This document shows positions 28,812-36,243 of a stretch of DNA of 59,883 nucleotides, one piece after another. The notes under the pieces are model-generated. The model made no database searches. It worked only from the letters and a program-made list of their open reading frames with translations, and had not been told where the DNA came from. Source of the DNA: Candidatus Levyibacteriota bacterium (GTDB lineage Bacteria; Patescibacteriota; Microgenomatia; Levybacterales; UBA12049); the NCBI GenBank assembly GCA_016182205.1, contig JACOXW010000013.1, positions 1 through 59,883 of the forward strand, written 5' to 3'. The position numbers were made by a program, and so were the translations under genes. The first letter of the stretch is position 1. Each line of letters opens with the position of its first letter.

Positions 28812-30002
28812 TTAGATATTTTTTTCTAGAGCTTTTTTAACCGCTCCAAATTCATCCCACGGTTCTTCGCCATTTCCATAATTCATCGATTTCTCATGCG
28901 CTTTCCCTGTTGTGATTACTAAATCGCCTTTTTGCGCTATAGAGATGGCTTTGGCAATTGCCTCTTGTCTGTTGGGAATAATAAGAAGCGTTCCGTTTTC
29001 CATGCGTTCTTGCGCATCTTTAATACCATTTATAATGTCTTTCATAATGGAATCAATTGATTCCGTACGCGGATCCTCAGACGTCAGAACAACAACATCT
29101 GCATATTTGGCAGAAATAGCTCCCATTTTGGGACGTTTTGTGAAATCTCTTTGTCCCGCACTGCCAAAAACGTGAATGATTCGCTTTTTTACCAGCGGCC
29201 GCAGCGCGCTTAAAACCTGCTCAAAAGAATTCGGCGTATGCGCAAAATCTATCATCACCGTAAAATCCTTTTTATAAACTATTTCTTCACGCCCAATCGG
29301 CGCCTCAAACGTCTCCACTCCTTTTCTAATGTCTGCATCGGAAATACCCAACTGCTTACAGACACTGACAGCAGCAAGACAGTTATAGGTATTGAACTCT
29401 CCGATGAGTTTTGTTTTGAAAGGAAAAGTATCAGTACTTATGTCTGATCCTTTGCTTTTTCCATATGTAATTACTGCTTTTTTCTTTTTCAGTAATTTAT
29501 TTATCAAATCATAGGATTCGTCGTCTTTATTTACAATCGCCAAATCTGCCCGCTGTAAGAGTTTTGCCTTTGCTTTTACATAATTTTTATACGTCTTATG
29601 ATAATCTAAATGCTCATGCGTGATATTGGTAATAACGCCAATGTTAAAGCGCACACCGTAGACTCTAAATTGATCCAATCCATGCGAGGTAACTTCCAGT
29701 ACGAGATATTCTGAAGCTTGTGATGCTTTTTTTATAAATCCCTGAAGCGGCCAGGAAGCGGGATTTGTGACATGAAACCCGACATCATATTCTTTTCCGC
29801 CAATAATAGCCCCAACTGAGGAGATCATTGATGCTTTCTTTCCAGACGTCTTGAGTATGTGATAGATCAAACTGACAGTCGTTGTCTTACCATCCGTACC
29901 GGTAACGCCTATCACTACCAATTTCCGGGATGGGAAACGGTAATAGATATTGGCCAAAAGGGCAGTAGCTAGGTGATATTGATTTTTTATCCACTGCCAC
30001 AT
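28812..30002 (-). CDS. murE: MurE-type Mur ligase lacking the N-terminal (UDP-binding) domain
   Basis: P-loop VIGVTGTDGKTTT already at residue ~32. DFAHTPNSFEQVL (MurE-type DxAHTP). C-terminal TGKAHE. Only 396 aa. Confidence 0.8.
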   Translation of the reverse strand: MWQWIKNQYHLATALLANIYYRFPSRKLVVIGVTGTDGKTTTVSLIYHILKTSGKKASMISSVGAIIGGKEYDVGFHVTNPASWPLQGFIKKASQASEYLVLEVTSHGLDQFRVYGVRFNIGVITNITHEHLDYHKTYKNYVKAKAKLLQRADLAIVNKDDESYDLINKLLKKKKAVITYGKSKGSDISTDTFPFKTKLIGEFNTYNCLAAVSVCKQLGISDADIRKGVETFEAPIGREEIVYKKDFTVMIDFAHTPNSFEQVLSALRPLVKKRIIHVFGSAGQRDFTKRPKMGAISAKYADVVVLTSEDPRTESIDSIMKDIINGIKDAQERMENGTLLIIPNRQEAIAKAISIAQKGDLVITTGKAHEKSMNYGNGEEPWDEFGAVKKALEKNI

Positions 30003-30060
30003 AGGTGTATTATACTTGTTTTTCTTTCAATTCACCATCTAGAAAACACCCTATAAGAAT

Positions 30061-30090
30061 TTGCTTGTCCCTGCATATTTCTGCTATAAT
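30061..30090 (+). promoter_or_regulatory. sigma70-like promoter TTGCTT-N18-TATAAT facing the foreign operon
   Basis: -35 at 30061-30066 and -10 at 30085-30090, in AT-rich host-like DNA about 195 nt upstream of the GTG at 30285. Confidence 0.4.
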
Positions 30091-30168
30091 GCCATCGCTT
30101 TCAGCAATTCTCACCAAGACGACGCGTCCTGGAATTTACAGAGGATTTTTGAAAGTGATCTTTGACAA

Positions 30169-30179
30169 GTGAGAGAGGA
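30169..30179 (+). repeat. left copy of an 11-bp perfect inverted repeat GTGAGAGAGGA
   Basis: The reverse complement occurs at 34236-34246. The pair brackets the three island genes. Confidence 0.35.
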
Positions 30180-30284
30180 ACTCTTGGTGGAGGAAGACTC
30201 ACGTCAACCGAAATCAAGAGAAACTTAAGAACAAGGAGGTAGAAGACATACTACCTGCGTATCTACAAGCGAAAGGAGTAGATC

Positions 30285-31406
30285 GTGTCGCAAAAACACC
30301 CGTGGGGAATTCGTCTCCGTGACAGGCTGAAAGAGTGGGGGCCAGAACATGGATACCCTCAGCTCTCAATTCTAGGAAGGGAGCTGGGAATTCCCGATTC
30401 ACCGTGGAACGATATCCGTTCTGCCGGTGCAATTATCGCCACCCCGAAAGATGCGTATGCGCGCATTTTCTGGAGGACTGGCCTTTCGGAAGCCGACCCC
30501 CGTTCTATACCACCTCGAGTCAGAGCCTTCCCCAAAGGAAGTAGCAGGGAAGAACCACGAGCGTGGTCTCAGAGCCAATGGCAAGAGTGGGTGAGGAAGG
30601 AATCAAGCAAATACAGCCGCGGCTCAGGTGTACAACCCGAAGCCACAGACACTTCCAAACCTTTACTCTCCCCTCCAACCGAGCCCGTCATGCCACAAGC
30701 GGAGCCACAACTACCTGTCCATGAGACAGGCTTTGTTGACGAGCTCCTCGGTCTGTTCGGCAAGCACATCGCGCGTGCAGCAGCTCCACATATTGTCTCC
30801 GAAATCGAGCAGGCGCTTAAACGCCAATTCGATGAGCGAGAACGGTTTGTGGAAGTAGCAACGCACGCAGTCGCCGAGGTAGTACCGAGTCTGCAGGCAG
30901 TCATCGAGAGAGTGCGAAGCGAGGGCGAACAAACCCAAACACAAGCATTCCCGACTGACGCCGTCGCAGACGCGGTCGCCAAAAGCCTCATCCAGTACCT
31001 GGAGGAGCAGGAAGTTCCTAACCGCCAGGGGAAACCGACCCTTTTGAGCATAGGAGACCTGGCTGAGGAGTTGCATAAGCAACTTAGCGAAGCTGTTGAG
31101 GCAAATGAAGGAGATCAACGAGATCTTCTCACCTCATACGGCATCGAGCTCAGCAGACTACTCCCATTACTAAAGCGACTGCTCAGCAAACAAGAAGAGG
31201 AGGCGATGTCCCACGACACAGCAAGCAGGTTGGATCGTCAACTCGGAGTGATTCTCAAACGGGCGCTGAATGGTACCCCTGAGGATCGCGATGAGTTCAC
31301 CCGTCGATACGGCCGGCTCGGAAGGCACGTTCCCGCACTGGAAGTGCTCACACGAGACGACCGTGAAGGTCGCGAGAACGCAGTAGCGTTACTTGCAAGG
31401 AGCTAG
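30285..31406 (+). CDS. island gene 1: hypothetical protein with N-terminal HTH-like segment, Pro/Ser-rich linker and helical C-terminal domain
   Basis: GTG start with GGAG SD (30275-30278). 373 aa. N-terminal IRLRDRLKEWGPEHGYPQLSILGRELGIPDSPWNDI resembles an XRE-type HTH (tentative). No catalytic motif seen. Confidence 0.7.
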   Translation: MSQKHPWGIRLRDRLKEWGPEHGYPQLSILGRELGIPDSPWNDIRSAGAIIATPKDAYARIFWRTGLSEADPRSIPPRVRAFPKGSSREEPRAWSQSQWQEWVRKESSKYSRGSGVQPEATDTSKPLLSPPTEPVMPQAEPQLPVHETGFVDELLGLFGKHIARAAAPHIVSEIEQALKRQFDERERFVEVATHAVAEVVPSLQAVIERVRSEGEQTQTQAFPTDAVADAVAKSLIQYLEEQEVPNRQGKPTLLSIGDLAEELHKQLSEAVEANEGDQRDLLTSYGIELSRLLPLLKRLLSKQEEEAMSHDTASRLDRQLGVILKRALNGTPEDRDEFTRRYGRLGRHVPALEVLTRDDREGRENAVALLARS

Positions 31407-31408
31407 GC

Positions 31409-33355
31409 ATGACCAGCTATACAGGCAAGACCTCGATCAGCCCAGCCCATGCCATCATGCACCTCGCACGACTACAGGTGGGCGTGGTACCGGTGGCTGA
31501 AGAGGCTATCGACAATGGCGTCGATGCCGAAGCTACGACCATCTGGCACGTGATCGAGCCAGGCCGGATGATGATCATCGATAACGGCCACGGCATGCTG
31601 TCGACCATGTTGGCAGCTGATGCTGACCTGCTGCAGGAGCTCTGGCAGAAGAAGCTGTCAGGAGAACTGCCAGCGGACTTTGACGTCCGTTCACAGATTT
31701 CCCCAGCGTCGCGCCGGAGTCTGCAGTGGATGCAGGAGTCAATCGGGTTCAGCGCAAAGCTTCCTGATGAGCGTGATACGCTTGGGACAAAGGGTCTCGG
31801 CGGCACGGTCTCGTGGAGAAGTGTAGCGCGGCGAGCTGTTTGGACAACTCGTCCCAACGACGAGCTGGCCGCAGCTATGCCAGATCTCGCTTCGCCGACT
31901 CCTGTCTGGCGCATGGAACCACCCACTGCTGAACAGCTTGCGCGAGGAGATCTTGACTACTCAATCGTCGAGGTTTCTCCGAACGCTTTGCAAAACCCGT
32001 ATGGTGGCGTTCTCGCCTCAGGCACAGCAGTCGAAATCATGGATCTTGACCCGGAAGCAGAGCGGGGCCTTCGGCCAATGGCGTTTGCGGAAGCCTACCG
32101 TATGCGCTATGGAGGCTTTGTGCGCGCTGGTCGGATCACGATTATCATCGTCGACCGCGTCACTGAAGAGGGTCGCAGAACACCAAATGGACGGGAGATT
32201 CTCGTTCAGCCCTCTCAGTATAGAGGAGCTGTCATCCTCGAGACCGAAATACGCGTTGGCAAGTACACCGCGCGCATTGAGCTCTTCTATGATCCCAAGG
32301 GACGCGGCACCTATCCGTTCCTTCGTCGCCAAGGGATCGATCTCAAGACCACCATGGCAGTGCTCGTCTCAGAGCTCCCGCTTCTTCGCGGTCCACTCAT
32401 TAGTGGAAAGCTTTCAGGTTTCGTCGCGTTTCCCAACGCGCCGGATACCGAGGCGCCCTGGACCACGGACAAGCTCAAGCCGCTGGATTCTCCTCTGCGC
32501 AGCCAATGGGAGCGAGCAGTTGCTTCGCTCATCCCAGATCTTGAGGCTGCCATGGAGGCGATGGACGAGAAAGTCCGAAGCCGACAGATGGAGACAGTGA
32601 CCAAGCAGGTCACTGATGCTGCACTTGAGGCGATCGGGGATTTGGAAGCCTATCAAGGCATCCTGCCTAATCTCGTACGAAATCGCACATCAGGCAAGAG
32701 CAAGAGCAAGAAGAAGCGCCAACCGCGGCCCTTGGATAAGGTGATCGCCGTCGTTCGCAACGAACATAACATGGGCGTTGCCGGCGCGATTCTGGAACTC
32801 CACCGCGGTATAACATGCGTGAACCGGTTGGTGACCGGACCAGGCGGAGTTATCTCCTTTGGTAAGCAGCCTCCTGGCCGCTACCGGATGAAGTTGACTC
32901 CACCAAATGGGGCAAAAGTCCGCGCTGGTGAGGACACCTTCGTCTTCAATTTAAGCCCCAACCAACCGGGCTGCCGGATTCCATTCCATGTGGTAACCGG
33001 TGAACCGGCTCCACAACGGCCAGGCAGGCTCCCTAAGCTGGAGCTTTGGCTCCACCCATGGGAGAATGTTGGCGAACCATTCCGTGCTGATCGGCTCGCC
33101 AGATACGGCCAAGTCGAGATCAACGAGCAGCACGACGCAATCGCAGAGGCATATCGCCGAAGCGATGAAGAGCGTGTGGCCACACTGACTGCGCTTTACA
33201 CCAGTATGGCGCTTGCTGGTCATGCCTTCCATGGCACACCAACATCAGTGGTCAATGCGCAGGCTGCAAGCCTTTTCAACCGTATGCTGGACATCACACT
33301 CCAGGATATGGAGACAAGGCAGCGAGCGCAGGCTGCTCGCCGAGGCCGGAAATAA
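31409..33355 (+). CDS. island gene 2: GHKL-superfamily (MORC/MutL/HATPase_c_3-like) ATPase with C-terminal beta-sandwich-like module
   Basis: Bergerat-fold motifs in order: E32-x3-N36-x2-D39-A40 (EEAIDNGVDA); D58-x-G60-x-G62 (IIDNGHGM); G126-TK-G-L-G-G132; GTAVEIMDL. AAGGAG SD. Start is 2 nt after the gene-1 stop. Residues ~445-520 follow a CarboxypepD_reg-like pattern (GVAGAILEL...GPGGVISFGKQPPGRYRMKL). Confidence 0.8.
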   Translation: MTSYTGKTSISPAHAIMHLARLQVGVVPVAEEAIDNGVDAEATTIWHVIEPGRMMIIDNGHGMLSTMLAADADLLQELWQKKLSGELPADFDVRSQISPASRRSLQWMQESIGFSAKLPDERDTLGTKGLGGTVSWRSVARRAVWTTRPNDELAAAMPDLASPTPVWRMEPPTAEQLARGDLDYSIVEVSPNALQNPYGGVLASGTAVEIMDLDPEAERGLRPMAFAEAYRMRYGGFVRAGRITIIIVDRVTEEGRRTPNGREILVQPSQYRGAVILETEIRVGKYTARIELFYDPKGRGTYPFLRRQGIDLKTTMAVLVSELPLLRGPLISGKLSGFVAFPNAPDTEAPWTTDKLKPLDSPLRSQWERAVASLIPDLEAAMEAMDEKVRSRQMETVTKQVTDAALEAIGDLEAYQGILPNLVRNRTSGKSKSKKKRQPRPLDKVIAVVRNEHNMGVAGAILELHRGITCVNRLVTGPGGVISFGKQPPGRYRMKLTPPNGAKVRAGEDTFVFNLSPNQPGCRIPFHVVTGEPAPQRPGRLPKLELWLHPWENVGEPFRADRLARYGQVEINEQHDAIAEAYRRSDEERVATLTALYTSMALAGHAFHGTPTSVVNAQAASLFNRMLDITLQDMETRQRAQAARRGRK

Positions 33356-33378
33356 CGTATCCGCCATCCGGGAAGGAG

Positions 33379-33410
33379 GTTGAGGATCCATCCTCAACTT
33401 TCCTTTTCCC
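33379..33410 (+). terminator. intrinsic-terminator-like hairpin between island genes 2 and 3
   Basis: Perfect 8-bp stem GTTGAGGA-tcca-TCCTCAAC (33379-33398), extendable by G-U pairs, followed by CTTTCCTTTTCCC. Confidence 0.4.
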
Positions 33411-33432
33411 GAGTGTAAGAGGGAGGGTCCAG

Positions 33433-34113
33433 ATGGACCAGGTAGACCCAGTACAACAGGCCCGACAGGTCATCGCCAACATGGAAAGCATGATCGGTGG
33501 CTTGAAGGTTCCCCGAGATCAACTGAATCAGCAGATACGGCGACTGGAGGACTCGCGCCGGCGTCTACAGCAGCAGCTACGGGATCTCGAACACGCGAAG
33601 CGATCAGATCCTCCAGATGTCCTCAAGATCGTACGCGAGACTACTGCGTACATGGTCGAAGTCGCGGCTGAGCTAGAGCAACTCTATCAGCCACCGGCTG
33701 GAACTCGCCGTCGGGGTACTTCTCGTGCGCCGGCGTCTGTAGGTGAGAATCCGATACCGCCAAGCGGTGGTCCGGCAGGTGATACACCACCGGTAATTCA
33801 CCTGCGAGAAATTGCCCCTGTCCCTCGGAAGGTGCTTTCCCTTTTGGCTAAAGGGAGTACCCCTCCAGCAACACTGGATGAAGCCATCCTGGCTGCCTAC
33901 CCTGAAGGGCTCAGTACACCCGAAAAGCTTCTGAAAGGAGGTCTCTCGGGAGCGATCACAGGCCTGATTCGGCTTCGCAATAATCCAAGCGAGGTGGAAT
34001 CGGCGCCGACGCGCCTTCGCCAGCTCTACAACGAGCTTGGTCTTCCAGGTCGTTGGGAAGAGGTCGAAACAGCGCTTCGACAATGGGGTGTTCTCAAGGA
34101 CTCAGCCGCGTAG
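33433..34113 (+). CDS. island gene 3: hypothetical coiled-coil protein with Pro/Gly/Arg-rich linker and helical C-terminal domain
   Basis: GGAGGG SD. 226 aa. Heptad-like N-terminus (QLNQQIRRLEDSRRRLQQQLRDLEHAKR). No enzymatic motif recognised. Confidence 0.65.
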   Translation: MDQVDPVQQARQVIANMESMIGGLKVPRDQLNQQIRRLEDSRRRLQQQLRDLEHAKRSDPPDVLKIVRETTAYMVEVAAELEQLYQPPAGTRRRGTSRAPASVGENPIPPSGGPAGDTPPVIHLREIAPVPRKVLSLLAKGSTPPATLDEAILAAYPEGLSTPEKLLKGGLSGAITGLIRLRNNPSEVESAPTRLRQLYNELGLPGRWEEVETALRQWGVLKDSAA

Positions 34114-34128
34114 CGGCAAACAAGAGGG

Positions 34129-34164
34129 AGCCTGTGATGGTTCAAAGGCGAGCTGTCACAGGCT
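34129..34164 (+). terminator. hairpin downstream of island gene 3 (possible terminator, no U-tract)
   Basis: 9-bp perfect stem AGCCTGTGA / TCACAGGCT with an 18-nt loop (3 further pairs with G-U), 16 nt after the stop. Confidence 0.3.
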
Positions 34165-34235
34165 ATTCCTCGAGAAAGAACTCGAAATCGTAAGCCAATT
34201 TGCAGGCTTATACCTTTCATTTTCTTTCTCATCCA

Positions 34236-34246
34236 TCCTCTCTCAC
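34236..34246 (-). repeat. right copy of the 11-bp inverted repeat (TCCTCTCTCAC on + strand)
   Basis: Reverse complement of 30169-30179. Confidence 0.35.
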
Positions 34247-34301
34247 TGTTTTTTCTTACGGTTTAAGATTTTTCTTGAAAAGTAAGGAGAAATACGAAAA
34301 G

Positions 34302-35941
34302 CTATTCAGTTGGGGGTATGTGGGTCAGAATGTCTTTTGCGATGTTGAAAAAAATAGGTGCTGCGGTTTCCGAGCCGTAAATAGATGTTGTCGGACGATC
34401 CACCACTACAAGCATTGCGAATCGCGGATTATCAGCAGGAGCAAATCCGATAAACGACGCGATTGTTTTATCCGCATCATAATGTCCTGAGATAGGAATC
34501 TGGGCAGTTCCGGTTTTCCCGGCAATTCGATACCCTTTTATCCGTGTCCACTGCGCTTCACCTTTATTTACCGCGTTCACAAGCATTTCTGTCATTACTT
34601 TCGCAGTGGCCCCAGAGATTGGCCGATCCAGTATTTTTCAATTTTTGAAACCACATGCGGCTCCATACGGTATCCTCCATTTGCGATAGCTGAAAAGCCG
34701 CTTAAAAGACCAATCGGTGTTACGGAAATCCCCTGTCCAAACCCGGCCGTGGCCAGATCTATCGGGTACCACTCGTCTCTTTGACGCAGTCCGGGTGCGA
34801 TCTCACCCTGAAGATCAATGCCCGTTGCGTCTCCGATCCCGAATTTATGAAAATAAGAAAGAGTCTTATCAAGTCCCATTGACTTTACTACATACACCAT
34901 ACCGGTATTGTCCGAATGCTGAATAACTTCTATCATAGAACTATTCTCTCTATACTTGTTATTCCAAGTACGTATTTCATATCCCCCAATCTCGATGGGT
35001 TTTGCGCAAATAGGACATTTAGTATCCGGCTTTACTGTTTTACTATCTATTCCCGAAGCCATAACAAGTGCCTTAAACGTAGATCCCGGCTCGTAAACAT
35101 TGGTGATAAACGGATTTTTATAAAGGCTCCCGTCATACTCCTGATAGTTACGTTGATCAAATGAGGGGTAATTCGCAAGGGCTAGAATATTCCCACTCTT
35201 AGGATCTATAACGCCCACCATTCCGCCTACGGCACCGTATTTTATAATTCCTTCCTCCAGTTTTTTTTCTACAGTATACTGAATCGCCCGATCAATACTG
35301 AGCACCAATGAACGACCGCTTTTCTCTCGTATATTATCGTTTCGCCTAGATACAATCGGTCTTCCCAGCGCATCACGAATCTGAATAGTGGTAATTGTTC
35401 TGCCCTTTAACTGCCTGTCATAATATCCCTCTAGCCCAAAATAACCTTTATCTTCTCCCAATTCATCTTTTCCCACAAAACCCAATAGCTGTGCTGCCAT
35501 AGAGCTCTCAGGATAAAACCGAACTGACTCTTCCTCAAAACCCACGCCAGGAAAATGCATTTGCTCAATTTTTTCTTTTACTTTTTCATCAACCCCGCGT
35601 TTTATCGGTACCCAAAATTTGTCTTTTTCCAACTGTGCACTAATGGATGCCCTGTCTTGTTGCAATAAATCCGAAAGAAGCAATGTTGTTTTCTCTTTTT
35701 CTTTTATTTCTTTAGGATTAGCATAGAGTAGATAGGAAAGTTTGTTTGTTGCAATAGGAAACCCGTCGGATGTTTTAATTTCGCCTCTTTTGGCCGAGAG
35801 TGTAATAACGGTACCATATTGTGATTTTCCAAGCGTTGACAATTCATCAGCTTTTACCACTTGCCAGTAGAATAAACGGACGATAATGAAAAAAAATGAA
35901 AAAACAAAGAGGAAAAAAGTTATTTGTAATCTTTGCGTCAT
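34302..35941 (-). pseudogene. ftsI: FtsI/PBP2-type class B penicillin-binding transpeptidase, interrupted by a 1-nt frameshift
   Basis: N-terminal TM helix. SxxK (GSTFK) and SxN (HSDN) lie in the 448-aa ORF; KTG (AGKTGTAQ) lies in the 97-aa ORF. The frames rejoin if one A is added to the A5 run (rc of 34634-34638), giving ...HVVSKIEKILDRPISGATAKVMTEML... This could be a sequencing error. Confidence 0.85.
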
Positions 35942-36243
35942 GGCCGTACAGCAAGAGGTAGCGGTGCGCCAATATAGACTCTCGACTTAGCCTCCACAAA
36001 CCCCATTTCCGAAGCTTTTGAAGCTATGTTATATAAAGATGAATCAGACAACACTTCTTCTCGCAATAATGTATTGTCTCGTTTATAGACTGCGATTTCT
36101 TTTTCCAGCTTTGATAGTTGTATCCCTGTTGTTGAAAGACTATTGGAGATACTCACCTGAACAATAGATAAAATTATAATAATAAAAAAAATAATAGTGA
36201 TAAAAAAAACTGGTTTTTTCATATAATTATCAAAGCTTTTCAA
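35938..36243 (-). CDS. FtsL-like bitopic cell-division protein
   Basis: 101 aa with one TM helix followed by a coiled-coil (LSKLEKEIAVYKRDNTLLREEV). Lies between rsmH and ftsI. Confidence 0.55.
   Translation of the reverse strand: MKSFDNYMKKPVFFITIIFFIIIILSIVQVSISNSLSTTGIQLSKLEKEIAVYKRDNTLLREEVLSDSSLYNIASKASEMGFVEAKSRVYIGAPLPLAVRP

Larger units (their letters stand above)
30100..34210. other. compositionally foreign high-GC island (three + strand genes) between murE and ftsI
   Basis: Abrupt GC shift: sampled lines are ~52-65% GC against ~35% in the flanks. Opposite strand to the whole dcw cluster. SD-led genes. Boundaries are approximate. Confidence 0.8.

Noticed and set aside
30010-30135. 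Short open frame on the minus strand upstream of murE (IPGRVVLVRIAESDGIIAEICRDKQILIGCFLDGELKEKQV-stop), considered as a remnant of the missing MurE N-terminal domain.
   Set aside because: It is in a different frame from murE, shows no resemblance to MurE domain 1, has no ATG or SD, and is only about 40 codons long.
30335-33491. Many long ORFs on the opposite strand or in alternative frames inside the island (for example 30569-31051, 30711-31118, 31417-31926, 31938-32600, 32881-33183).
   Set aside because: These are typical stop-codon-poor shadow frames of high-GC coding DNA. They have no SD/start context, low-complexity Arg/Ser/Ala-rich translations, and each is fully nested in a better-supported gene.
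34026-34490. ORFs spanning the right island junction (34026-34232 minus, 34037-34285 plus, 34200-34490 plus).
   Set aside because: They cross the compositional boundary or run antisense to ftsI. They lack translation signals and have implausible sequences.
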